DNA from: Camelus ferus
Lineage: Eukaryota
Direction of reading: 5' to 3'
NCBI RefSeq assembly: GCF_009834535.1
Contig: NC_045696.1
Location: 9,984,001-10,048,000, forward strand
DNA: 64,000 nt
A model generated the notes under the pieces. It made no database searches. It had not been told where the DNA came from and saw nothing but the letters and a program-made list of their open reading frames with translations. The number at the start of each line of letters is the position of its first letter. The stretch's first letter is position 1. Shown here one piece after another: positions 25,801 to 38,296 of this stretch. Both the position numbers and the translations under genes were made by a program.

Positions 25801-28800
25801 CAATAACAAGTTAAATATTTATGACTACAGAATCTCTGTTAGTTTATGTAACATTCACCAGCATGGCCTCTGCCATACCATGTGTACATCTAGTCAGGGA
25901 CAGCCCCATAAACATACAGCAGGGATTTCTGGACAAGCCATTTAAAGAGCATAACTTTTTCACTTTAGGTAGTGGAATTCTGCCTTTTTCTTAGCTGGAA
26001 ACTGTATAAAATGCAGAAAACCGGTAGCTGAGAACTGATTATCATACACAGGACATTTTTGTTGCAGATTCTCCACTGTATACACGTATTTACACACATG
26101 TTGACCACTTACAGATGTGAGGATACAAGGTGACGTGACGTAGCTAAGGCAATGCGACATGAATTGTATGACTGCCAACTTCTCTGTCCAGGAAGGGCTA
26201 TGAAGGGGTGGAAAGAAGGGGTCCGTGGGGGTACAGACCTCAGCTAGCTGGGCTTCAGCAGACAAGATCTGAAGTTGGTTTTATAGTTCAAAGACACTTG
26301 GGCTATTGGCAATGTATGTTTTAAATGCATGTGTTGAAATAAATATCATTACCAAAGATCTTGCTAGAATATCTACTTTCTGACAGTGAATATTTAGCAG
26401 GTGACATTTGAAGGATGTTAATCTGTAAAATGTACAACAAAATGTTCATTCATGACAACTAATGCTGACACAATATTAATTAAATGCCTCTAGCAAACCC
26501 TTTCTGAACTTCCAGTAGTTTGGACAATTGCATTACACGTAGAGACGAAGCTATAATTTGCTATTTCTTTCAAAGTGACACAGTCAAAAACCCATGCAAG
26601 ATGAATTTACAATTTCTGTTCAACTTTCTGTCAGTATTTTTACTTAGCAAACTTTAGAATCCCAGACAGAACTGAGAAACGTAGATGGGATTATTGCTCT
26701 GTGGGTACGGAAGTGAAATTGGCTTGCAAAGACCAAGCAGAACCACAAAGGTTTTGGTGCATCAGGTCGAGCGCTAGAAAACACTAGTGAAAGGAAGTAA
26801 CAAGCACACAGCAGGAGCAGCTCCGTGGTCATCAGCCTCCCGGGCCCGTGGTGTCTAGAGCTGGAGGCTACTCACACAGGGGGTCCCCTCCTCTCTCCTC
26901 ACATCACCCTACTCACAGACCATCCTATGGGGAGAGCCCAGCTGGGAAGCCACTGCCTCTCAGAAGCAAGCACCCTCCAGACACCTGTAGACCAAGGGCC
27001 CAGGCCTGGCAGGGAGGCAGCAGGCCGGACGCCCTCCCTCTGAGGAACAGCACCCAGCCCCAGGGGAACAGGCACTGAGCACACACCCCACCCCCAGCTC
27101 CCTGCTTCTTATAATTATTACCGGATGCTCACTTGGAAGGCAGAGGCTGGAAAAACCTCTCTGTCCTATCAGCAGAGGAGAAAAGTCCCTAGGGGATGAC
27201 TAATGACTAAAAGGAAGGGTTTTATGTCAAATCAGTGGGTTAAATGGTAAAGCCTCTTGGCATCTATAGCATGCCCTGGACTGGGAGCCGGGATAGCAGG
27301 CATATCTGCCAGCTAGTGGCTTGGGTCCCCTACCCTCTGATTGGTCCAGACCACCTGTGCTTTTATGAAATAAAAGCAGACATTTTGAAAAGTGTATCAG
27401 CCCCCCTCTCCGTAATCTGCCAGGGAAACTCCACAAAGAAGCGAAAGATGAAGCCCCACCTGCTTCAAAAACCAACTGAAAATACGTGACCAGGGCCGGC
27501 TTCACGGGCAGTGTGACCTGTGCAGTCACACAGGACCCTGTGCTTAGAAGGATCTGCTCTTGGTTGAATTCTCTGCTGTCATCACCTCAAAATTCTTAAT
27601 AATTTTGAACAAGGGGCCTCACCTTTTAATTTTGCACTGAGCCCACCAATTATGTAGTGGGTCCCAAGTGTGACTATGAGAGGGTCAGACCAACGTGTTC
27701 CCCTGTTCAGTCCACATATCCACTCATTGTCCCCGGTGCACAAGCAGGCACGCACACACACACACACACCATGCAATGAGCTGCATCCCAACAGTTCCTC
27801 TACATCTGAAATTCCAGAAGTCCTAGTCTCCAAGTAGAGACTCTGTTATCAAATCCAAGCAGAGGGGACCTGACTTCTAGGGACGGCCCAGCAGTGAGGG
27901 GACACCTCCAACTTACATGTGAGGCCCCCAAACGGCTGAATCTCAGGGGCCTTCACCAAAGCAGATGCAGAGAAGGCAGGAAGGCTAAAGACCCCTTTTA
28001 TAGCCCCAACCCCAGCAGCAGAGAAAAGCAAAGTGTCACCAGGTACCCCAGGAGTGCTGGCTTCGAGCCCCAATCTCGCCACTAACCTCCTTCCCTCTCC
28101 TGCCTTCAGTCTCAGACTCAGCAAGCTCGTCCTGTGATTTAAACAAGAGCGATATCCTGGAGCTGCAGTAGGTGGAGCCAGCGCCCTGGGATCCGCCGGA
28201 GGGACCGGCCAGTTTCCAGGGGGAGATCGCCCCCTAGCGGCCACAGTGGGTAGAACGGCAGCTGCAAAGCCGCCACCCCGCTTTCTCTGCTTCCTGCAAC
28301 GCCCTCTTTGCCCCAGGCCCTCATTCTGTTTAGACAGAGAAACCAGGAGGAAATAAGGGGTTTGAGTATAATAGGAAAAATGCAAAGGAACATAGTTTTA
28401 GAAACACAGACGCACAGAAATGTTATTCTTCTAAATGAAAAAGTACAAAACCAGAGTTCCTAGAAGAAGAAAAATATGCATTCTTTCCACTGCATTAAAA
28501 GTAACCCTGGTTACTGATAATTCTCAGTAAATATCAGAGAAACGCTCAATTTTTTTCAAGGCTGACCATGTAAGCCCACTTCTGAACAGGTTTACTTGGT
28601 GCGCTTTGAATCCTAAAATATTCACACTATTCAGATTTTAACAATATAGGCTGGTATAGAAAGTAGAGCAAAAGCCTATTAAAAACAACTCACAAAACAC
28701 CTTGACTTACAGTAAGGGCGAACCTACCCCTTAAATAGGGCAACCACACATAGCTGAAAAAATGATTATGTGGGTGTTGTCTGGTTCCCCGAGGTCAGAT

Positions 28801-31800
28801 TAAAGAGAGTTCCTTTCAGCGGAGGAACTGATTGGATCTGCGTGTCACTGAAATAATTATGCAGCGGTGGAGATGAATTTTTACAAGCACTGGGTGTTAC
28901 TCAAATGACTCAAAATTAGATCTACAATTAGGCTGTGAAAGCCACAAAAGCAGGTCCCTCCTCACCACCTCCCAGCCCCTGGGATAGTGGTCTGGCCCAG
29001 GATAGGGACTCCCTGAATGAACGATGCACAGTCAACATTACTATGTTACTGAGAGATCACAACCCAGGGATAAGACTTTCCAGCAGGTTGGCATCTGGGT
29101 TTTAATGCTCCCAAGATAGCGTTTTCTGTCTTTTCCTGTGAAATGTTTTCCAAGCTTGTCAGGAGCAGATTCTTGGCTCCTGAAGGTAAGCAGGTTATGT
29201 ACCTTAGGTGAGCCCAATGACCTCCAAACATATCCTGGATCTGACACAATGCAGGGTGAGGAAACGGGAGTTCTAGAACATTCTAGAACATTCCTTTCCT
29301 CTAACTCAAATAAACGGCTGCATTCTCAGTACAGTAAACATCCCAAGTATATTGACACAATACTAAGCAGCCCCTATAAAACACAGCTCAGGGCCCCCAG
29401 GGGAGTCTTGGCAGCTGATCTGAGCTGTTCCCTGCAATTGGGAGAAGTCCCCACAGGCATTTCAGCACTCAGCACCCCTGGGTGCAAAGTGAAGGAGGTA
29501 TCAGTTTACCAAATACCTCTTAGGGTGGCTCAGACCACAGCGTCTGAGGGCCTCATCGTGTCAGTCACCAGTTTCTGGTGCTACTGATTATGCTTCCGCC
29601 TGGTAGGAACTAAAGTCTTAACCTTCAAAGCCAAAGAAGAATCTCCAGCCTCGTCTGTTGTCATCGCCTCACTTTAGGGCATTGAGGAGGCTCTAAACTT
29701 GTAAAGCGAGTGTATCTGGAGAAAGCAGAGCCTCCACTAACCTCACACTGAAATGACTCTAAGTCTGAAATGACCCTGCTGCCTGTAAGTCTGCAGGTGT
29801 TCATTTCAAAGTGCTAGTGTCCACTGTGACGCTCACCTCCAGCCCCAAAAAATAAATGGAGAAGAAAAGGAATTGAAATAAAATGAAAACCTTCTTGCTG
29901 TTCCCAATGGAAATTCTTAAAATCGTTACATACACAAAACGAAAATTCTTCTTGAGAATCAAAAAGACCCAACCAACTAGGAAAAGAACGATGTGGAGTA
30001 GAGATAGAGAAGGCTTTTTGTCTGCTCATACCAAGTACTGGCAAACTCTCAAATAGACCCCAAGATCTCCTTTCAAGTAAAATCAGAAGCCCTTCCTCCA
30101 CTTCCGCTTTGTTATCCAGCCCCACAAGATTCTCGAACACCCCCGCTCTGTATGGTCAGTGGCTGTATGTTTGCACCAGGCAACTCCTGAACAGACAGGA
30201 CTTTGGGGTACCAGGTCACCAAGACAATGCAAGCAGTCAACTTCCCATTTTCTGATGGGATTTTTTTTTCCAGTTTAATTCAGTGCTACTCAACTAGATG
30301 AAATCCGTCACTTTCATTGACTTAGGTCATGCTTAGATTGTTCAAAAAGCAAAGAAGAAAAAAAAGGCCCCCTTTAATATGAATGTTCTTTGGGAACATA
30401 GCTCTCTCCTCTGCCTTCAGAGGTCAGGGCGTGTAATCCAAACAGTCAACCCACGAAGCCTGGCCCCAGTTTCTTGAGCATCCTTGGAGACCCCAGCCTA
30501 GAAGGATCTGTCTCCCTGTGTCAGGCCAGCCCTGGATCTGAATAAGCCACATCTTCAGGCTCTCATGGTCACAACAGACCTGGTTCCAGGAGAGGATGCT
30601 GCCTGCCAGAGAGACCCTGCCCCAGGGGGCTGGGGGTACAGATTGTTCCTTCAGAAGAGCTGGTCTACAAAGGAGCCCCAGCTCAAGGGCTTCTGTCCTC
30701 AGGGCACAGTCTTGTGAAGCAGAAAGGCCCCCTTGTTGGGCTTAGAGGAGGTCAGTGTGGCTCAGAGAAGAAGGAAGCTCACAGGGATGTCTGGAGGGCT
30801 GGACTCAGAACACCAGGATGCAGCAGCCTGGAGAAACCCTGGTTTTGAAAGCAAAGAACTAGGACACAGATTGCTTATTGGCAAGGGACATTTCATCTCT
30901 ATGAAATACTCCCCAGGCAGCCAAAAAGGTAGAAGTGAAGGACTAGAGGTCAAAAAATTTTAGACTCCAGGCATCACCCACATTCCTGTATCTCACACAA
31001 GACTCAGGAGTCACAGCTGGACCCCAGGGCCAGCCTAACTCATCCGTAAGTTCAATTGGGCATGTAACAAATGACCCCAGAGAGGACAAGGACAGTAATC
31101 CATAATCGCCACCCTGGAGGAGCATCTAAGAGATGCTCAGTATAGTCACTTGGTGAAAAAGACGCACATATTGCTTTTTCATGCTACATTACTTCCAATA
31201 ACGGGACTCTGCGAGTAGGTGACTTGGTGGACCTAGAAAGGCTACAGATACTTGGATGTCATTGAGCACATGACATCCAACCAAATGAACGGTGATGCCC
31301 AACATTCACATGCAAACAAAGTCGATGAAAAAAAGAGAGGACCGAAAGACGGGGACTGGGATGGTGACCCAATACGACCCAATTTACACAGGTAATCCTT
31401 CTTTATCTACCATAGTAACATGTCCTTCATAAATACACTGATCAAACTGCACTGGGTATAGAAATAGGAAAGCATGATTTGTGGGTCTATTTGTAGATTT
31501 AATTTTAAACAGTTTCTTAACAACATCCAAAAAATATAAACTTAAAGTATTTTAACCATGTTTTCTGCTGGGAGGTGGGGAACAAATGCATGCTTGGAGT
31601 TGAACTTGGTCTCCAGTGTCTTCAGTTGAGAGTTTCTAACTAAAGGGTATATCTGCTTGTTTCAAAAAATACCTATGTCTGTTGTTCTTGATATAAAATT
31701 CTACACTATCTTTAATAAATAAATAATAAAGTGTTTCTTAAAAGTATGAAATGTAAACTTTGTGGCCCTTTCCGACACACACATTTAAAAAAATCACTTG

Positions 31801-33342
31801 AACAATGACAGGGTCTCATGGGAAAGTATGATGCCACACATTCAGTTCCCAGCACGGTGGGTAGTTCACCCTGCCCCTATGTTGATGCTGTCTTTAGAAA
31901 GTGTCTCTACAACCCTAACTAAATTCTAAGGACCTACAATCAGAGAGAACACTGTCTAACACAGGAAAGCTAGATTCCAGTACCAAGAGAACATGCAAAG
32001 AACATTTCATGAAAAAGACAAACAGGGATTGTGAGAACATTAACATGCGAACAAAATACCACCCACACTTTTCATGACCCTAAGTCAAGTTCTTATCTAC
32101 TTAGCCAGCCTATCTCCTGGCATTGAAGGAGAAAAACTCAAAGAACTCAAACCAAACAGCTTAGCACACGGTCATACACTCCTGACTATGGCAACAAGCA
32201 CGCAGATTTTTCCATTACTGAGAGGCTGGTTGTGTATGGTGGAGTCTGGGAAAGTCTCGGGTCTTCTTCCCTGGAGTTGAGGGGCGTGCGTGCTCCTAGG
32301 GTCTCTCCCCCACCATCTAATAGATTTCCTCCACAGATTGTCACTTTTCCTTCTCACACCTTGGGGATGCTTTCAGGGGGGACATACCAAGGATATCTGC
32401 TGAGATTTCCCACGGCAATCAGGATCCAGCTCATTCAAGCAAGAACAGGCTCAGAGCTGGCCACCGGCAACTACTCTTGTCATAAAACATCACAGGACCT
32501 CCAAGCCAAAAGAGAGCTTTCCAACTGGGCTGGCAACCAGGACCCAACAACGTCGTAAAGTAGCCTTTCAGGTGACCTGCAGTGATCTAATCCAGCAGAG
32601 TGGAACTCTGTAGGTAACAGCCTTCCTCAGCCCTCTTCCAAGCACGCTGGCGCTCACGATCAGATCACCTGATACTGACAGTTTTCATCAGCATCTATCA
32701 ATAAAAGACCTGGAGGAGACTGGAAAAGCTCTACCAACACACCTGCTAGAATCTTCCACGGACCAGCTCTTCCAAGAGCTAGACCTAGATCAGAGATCAG
32801 GAGACCACTTGCCCGAGTGATCAGACCCAGGGCAGCATTTCAAATAAGGTCCCAGCGTGGGGAACAAGATCCTGAAACAATGACAAGACCATCATGTTAT
32901 TTCTAAACACACCAGGGACTGGGCGTCATAGGTCAGGGGGCCTCCTTGGGGGCTGGTGGAGGTAAGAAATAGGAGGGTTACATGAGTTCTCCAAAAATAC
33001 AGACATTGCATTTATAAATCTGTTTTACATTAACCAGACCCAAGCCTCAGGCCCAGGGACGGACCAGACTCCCAACCAAACAGAGCCAGGGGCTATGGGG
33101 TTTCAAAGACCCTAGAAGCCACGATGAGACCTGCAGTGAGGACAAAGGGAAACACAGTTTTGTTTCATAAAATGGGAGATTGTTTGGGGGAAGGATTGTC
33201 AAGAAGGATTCCCAGGAAGCTTTGAGAGGCCTCTCTTTGCTTTCCTGCTGCCCTGTGGCCGAACACCAAACGGTGGTCCTCATTTCTGGACAGCATCCGT
33301 TGCCTCGGGCTGGAGCTCTGCTAGCAGGCCCTGGCCGGCTCC
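22865..33342 (-). other. ITSN1: Probable long (~10 kb) 3' UTR of ITSN1 long isoform
   Basis: Repeat-poor sequence with AU-rich blocks downstream of the stop. Minus-strand AATAAA at 23628-23633 and 22888-22893, and ATTAAA at 22873-22878. Human ITSN1-L is recalled to have a very long 3' UTR. The end point is inferred. Confidence 0.55.
27491..27667 (+). mobile_element. MER45A-like hAT-Tip100 element, apparently full length
   Basis: cagggccggcttcacgggc...gacctgtgcagtcacacagg...aaattcttaataattttgaacaagggg...ttttgcactgagccc...aattatgtag matches the recalled consensus. Confidence 0.75.
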
Positions 33343-33491
33343 CTACGGCTCATCAAACAACTGCAGGTCCAGGCGGACCACAATCTCTCCTGTGGGAACT
33401 TCGTGCAGCAGGAGACACTTTGTGACTGGACCCTTGGAACCCTGGTCCTTCTTGATGTCAGCCACACGGATCTCCGTCCGACCCAAAAAAT
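33343..33491 (-). CDS. ITSN1: ITSN1 terminal exon coding part ((D)[48 protein letters not shown])
   Basis: CAG acceptor, TAG stop at 33345-33343; matches the intersectin-1L C-terminus. Confidence 0.97.
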
Positions 33492-35352
33492 CTGAAAGGA
33501 GAAACACACAGACCCTGTTCAGGGAGGATTCCTTCTCTTCAAGGTGCGTACTTGGCATATTGGGAACGTCCCAGTGAGTTGTTTGTTAGACTTTCCCCTC
33601 TTCCCAAAGGGAGTTAAGTCAGTTTCCGGGAATCCAGAAATTACAGTGACAGCATAATTTTTAAATGGAGTGAAAAGAGAAAGGTACCAGGGTGGGGACA
33701 AAGGAGAGTATAGAAGGAGCTCAAAATGCAGACTTTCCTCACACCTGGGGACCTCCAAAGGGCCATGAGCTTCCTGGGAGGCAATGCAAAACCAGATGTC
33801 GTATCAGCTGCCCAGTTTGCAACATACATGAAATTCAAAGAAGTAGCCCAGAAGAAAGTCAACTATTTCTGGGACAAAAATTGGACAGGTAATTTCTCCC
33901 AAGGATTGTCACAGGAGCAAGTTTCGTGACGTTGCACTCCTATCAGATGTTGCATTTCCTATCAGAAATGTCAAGGATGGTGAGTGCGGGCGGGTCTTTC
34001 TAATGGCTCTCTGCATGTGCCAGGGAGCAGATGTGAGGAGGTGGGACAGGAGGCGACAGCCCAGGGGCTGCAAGCTTCCAGTGATGCTCCCCAAACAATC
34101 TCAACACCACTTTGTATCAGACATTGAGTGTCACTATGAGAACAGATGTGAACATGTTTGAACCTTTTTGTATATGCTATGCCAATCACACGATGAAGTC
34201 CAAATAGGCCTCCAGACCATTAATTCCTTCATTTTTTCATCAACAGTTATTAATTGGAATACACTATGATCCACATCCTCCTGTACAGGAAAAAGCCTTC
34301 TTTCAAGTTTCCCATTTAAAACCTAGGAATTTTTTCTGGTGGAAGATGCCGGTTTATTTCACCCCTTGTGTGTTTCATGGAAATAATCTCCCAAGGAAGA
34401 CCACCACCAGGATTTTCAACATAAACTCTTAAACCCAGTGGAGCTGCTGTTTGTGTCATAATATTTCACTATTACAAAAAATCAACCTCAAGTCTTTATT
34501 TATTAGAATAAAAAATTGCCAATGAAACACAGTGGTTAAGAGCCCAGACTTGAGAGTCAGGTTGTTCTGGCCACACTCTAACATTTAGGCAGCTACATGA
34601 CCATCTTTGGGATATAACAAATAGAAACTAACTCACAATGAGATAATTCATATAAAAGTACTAGAAGAAAAAATTCACACAGTGCAATTTAAGCCTTTTG
34701 CGGATCATGCCTGCATTAGACCCTCACTCCTAGCACTTAATTATACTCTTTTGAATATAATAAAGACCATGATCTTTAAACTTACTCTCTTATTTTTATT
34801 AGGTTGAGAAAGAGAGAGAGAAGTTCCTTGAAATTATTGGCCAGACCCATTTTTTTCCAGGTTCAAAGTAGAAAGTTGGTTGAAGGGATGATGCCTTCAA
34901 CAGAATTCCATCCTTTTGATTCATCAGCAATGTCACCCAAAAGGCAGTGCCTGATTCTGCCACAGTTTTTGCGGGCTAACATTCTTGTTTACTGACTAGT
35001 TTTGTTCATTTTCACTGTGGCTTTTAGCTGAGGACTAAAGAATTGGCCTGAGGCTTTGGGGGACCACCCTCCTTGCAGTTACCTGCTCTGGGGAAGCAGA
35101 GGACCATGGTCTTTGTTTCGGGCAGCTGGACCACTCTGGACCAAACATGCTTTGTCATCTTCTCTGAGATGCCCTGGCATTGGTGAAGGCCTCTTTCTAG
35201 GGGAGGCTGAGTCTCCTCTTGTGCCAACCTCATCTCTCTGGCAGGAAGCCCAAGGGATTCTGGGCACAAAGTTCTCAGGTAGAAAACATTTATCCATGAA
35301 AGCCAAGTGACAGGGAAAGGGGCAGAGTGCCTTGGGACCGCTCTCTACTCAC

Positions 35353-35526
35353 CATCTGGCGAGAACTGGTCCCTCTCAAACACAGTGATGCAGAGCACCT
35401 CCTGTTCCAGGTCTTTGATGAAGAACTGGCAGTTGGAATTCCATTTGGGATTCAGAGTGTCCTGGATCGTCTTGGTGATGTGACACTGGGAGCCCATTGT
35501 CACCTCGCAGTACGGGTTACTCTTTC
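35353..35526 (-). CDS. ITSN1: ITSN1 C2 exon ((G)[57 protein letters not shown])
   Basis: C2 motifs SNPYC and TLNPKWN; CAG/GTGAGT, 174 nt. Confidence 0.97.
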
Positions 35527-35779
35527 CTGGAGGGAACAGAGCCTGCTCGACTCCCGCCGGCTGCCTGGTGCTTCTGCATGTAGGGCAGGGTCACAGCCAC
35601 AGGGCAACTCTTTCCTCTACACTCCTCATTTTGATCCCCCTCCACTGCCCCACTTAATAAGTAGCATAAAATGAAAAATCCAGGCTAAAACTTCCACAAT
35701 CCAGCATTATAACATTAGTGGGCTTCAGAACTAAGCCTTCCCTCTCCCCTCACTTTAGCCGTAAATTGTGTCAAATCCA

Positions 35780-36129
35780 CAGTCATCCCTCAGTATCTGT
35801 AGGGGATTGGTTCCAGGACTCCCACAAATACCAAAATCCGGGGATGCTCAAGTCCCTTATATAAAATGGCGTAGTATTTGCATGTAACCTACACTCATCC
35901 TCCTGTTTACTTCAAATCATCTCTAGATTCCTTACAATACCTAGTACAATGTAACTGTTATATCAATAGTTATAAATACAATGTAACTGTTATGCAAATG
36001 GTTGCTGGTGGGCAGCAAATTCAAGTTTTGCTTCTTGGAAAATTCTGGAATCTTTTTTCTGAACATTTTTCGATCTACAGTTGGTTGAACCTGCATAGGC
36101 AGAACCCCCAGATACAGAGGGACTGACTG
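35780..36129. mobile_element. MER2/MER2B-like Tigger non-autonomous DNA transposon
   Basis: Terminal inverted repeats cagtcatccctcagtatctg ... cagatacagagggactgactg, followed by TA; internal MER2 text. Confidence 0.85.
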
Positions 36130-36343
36130 TATCGTGAATGGGCAGCCACTCAGATCTCTCTGGATCTCTCTGGAAAGCAAAATGGCAGAAAGGAGTACAT
36201 ATTTTTAATTACAGATTTTTAACAAGTGCTAGAAAAACCAAGTCTGGGAGGAAATTTAGGATTATGGAAAGAGACAGGTGGGGGGGATGCAGAAGAGGCT
36301 TCCACCAGCAATATGTGCTAGAGGGGGCTTCTCGGGTCCTTAC

Positions 36344-36427
36344 CATGTGACCGACAGGGTTTCAGCTCAATGCCTTCCACTACGTTCACCATCAACCTTC
36401 CAATGCCTGTGGCCCTCTGGGAACGGA
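36344..36427 (-). CDS. ITSN1: ITSN1 C2-start exon ((V)[27 protein letters not shown])
   Basis: CAG/GTAAGG boundaries, 84 nt. Confidence 0.96.
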
Positions 36428-36754
36428 CTGTGACCGCAAGAAAAACAACACAAAATGCTTCCTTTTAGCATTTGCTGCCTTTCCAATTTGTCTCATGATC
36501 TGTTTTATGTACCTGCCCCCCCCCATTCAAGAACAGTTGTCCCCTCCTATCCTTAAACTCTTGCTCCCTTGCTCCTGGAATCTGCCCTCCACACCTCCCC
36601 CTGAACCCTACTCTCCTCTTCCGCCCACATCCACCCTCAGGCTCTCCTGGACCTCAGGGCCCATCTCCGAGTTCCCGGGATTCTGGGCCCGACCGAGTGG
36701 CTCTCCGCCCCGGCTTTGTGGGAAACCCCGGCCACGCGGCCAGCAATGCGTCAC

Positions 36755-36837
36755 CCAGATACGCCTTCTCCCGCTTCTTCTTCTCCGTCTCTATGTAGAG
36801 CTCAGAAGCCGCTTTGATTTTCTGCACCCAGGCAGTC
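36755..36837 (-). CDS. ITSN1: ITSN1 PH-end exon ([27 protein letters not shown])
   Basis: AAG acceptor, GTGACG donor, 83 nt; carries the conserved Trp of the PH C-terminal helix. Confidence 0.95.
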
Positions 36838-37640
36838 CTTGGAAAGGAACAGACAGGAAGATGCCAAACAGAACTCAGGGAAAAGACTCCAGGTCTGTAC
36901 AAATTCAGTTTCCAGGACTTCTGCTTTGTTCATTAGATTTTCACAGCAAAGCCTGGTTTTACGTCATAAGATGCTAATAATTATTTCTACCATTCATAGC
37001 AAAGACATCAACGACATTGGTATGGATGGAATCAAGACCTGTGTTTGTGTCCCCACGGAAGGAAATCTATCATAATGATAAATGCTGTCCTGGGGGAGAC
37101 GTTGGCACACAGCTCCTCTTCTTCCCTTATTGAAAAGCATCACATACTTGCCTAATCCAATAAGGCCAGAAGGACCTCTCTTACTAAACCACCCAAGGGG
37201 AGAAACCATGTCCCAGATAAGGAACCACTTTCCGTGAAAGAGTAAACACACGCTAGGGAAGCATTTTGGCACGATGGTTTTCTCCTTCATTTTTCCGAGA
37301 ACCATATGCATGATAACTTTAGCCAATTTCTCGCTTGGCACAAATGCTCTTGGAATGTTGTTGATCTTGTGTCAAGTTCACCCTTCAGAAAATCGTCTAT
37401 TTGATTTGGCTCCAGGGCAGAGCCTTAAAGGCACGAATGAAGCAAAAATGCCCCCAGTTCTAGGAGTCAGAATGCCTGTCCAAGTGGGCCCACTGAGGAG
37501 GGGGTCAGGTTCGGATGGTCCTATTAAGTAACCCCCAAGTCGCTTTCCTACTGGTTGCTGCCACCTGGGAAACTTTGGGAAACGTGAGATGCTCATTTAT
37601 CTCAAAGAACGCTGAAAATTTCTTTTTTAAAAATTCTCAA

Positions 37641-37766
37641 GGCGGGAGGGTATAGCTCAAATGACAGAGCGCATGTTAGCATGCGTAAGTCCCTGGGTTC
37701 AATCCCCAGTATCTCCTCCAAATATAAATAAATAAATAAACCTAATTACCTCCCCCTCATAAAAAA
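37641..37766 (+). mobile_element. Camelid-type tRNA-derived SINE (Vic-1-like)
   Basis: gggagggtatagctca...ctgggttcaatccccagt, (TAAA)n, cctaattacctcccc, A-tail; TSD aaaaat(t)ctcaag. Confidence 0.85.
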
Positions 37767-38006
37767 AAAAATCTCAAGCAAAATTCGTTCCAATTCATTT
37801 TACTTTAAAAACTTCACGCCATGGGTTGAACTTTTTGGGAGGCTCTAGAAAAAAGTATTAAGACCTTCCCACCCCCACCTCCAGCCAGAGGGAGCGGTAC
37901 TGCAACCCAGGGAATGTTGGGACCTTCCGATTGATTAAATGTCCCATGTGTGTCCTACACCTGGTGGAATCCGGGCGCCCAGTGCTGGGGAGGGGACAGG
38001 TCTTAC

Positions 38007-38129
38007 CTTTCGTTTATGCTTTCTGCTCGGAGGGTGTAGACTCGGTCGATGTGGGAAATGTGGAAGATGGGTTCAGTCCCCTGAAGGGTCAGTAGGTAAC
38101 TTTACTAGAACTTCATTCAGGAAAATAGG
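38007..38129 (-). CDS. ITSN1: ITSN1 PH exon ([40 protein letters not shown] + 2 nt); an extra base at 38075/38076 creates an in-frame TGA as written
   Basis: CAG/GTAAGA boundaries. Length is 123 nt versus 122 nt needed for phase; reads GGG GAC T GAA CCC ATC. Confidence 0.93.
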
Positions 38130-38205
38130 CTGAAAAATAATGCACAGACATTATAAAACCAGACTAGGGCAGAGGGCGGGGGCTGTGTGTCCTAGTAAAC
38201 TATGA

Positions 38206-38296
38206 GTGTGTGTGTGTGCTTATGTGCACGTGTTTCAGTCAAGTAGACTGAGGGTGAGGGTGTGTGTCTGTGTGTGTGTGTGTCTGTGTGTGTGTG
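38206..38296. repeat. Interrupted (GT)n microsatellite region
   Basis: Several GT runs directly visible. Confidence 0.85.

Noticed and set aside
27849..28385. 178-aa minus-strand ORF, the longest in the window
   Set aside because: No recognisable domain; lies in a GC-rich patch of the inferred ITSN1 3' UTR; length is compatible with chance.
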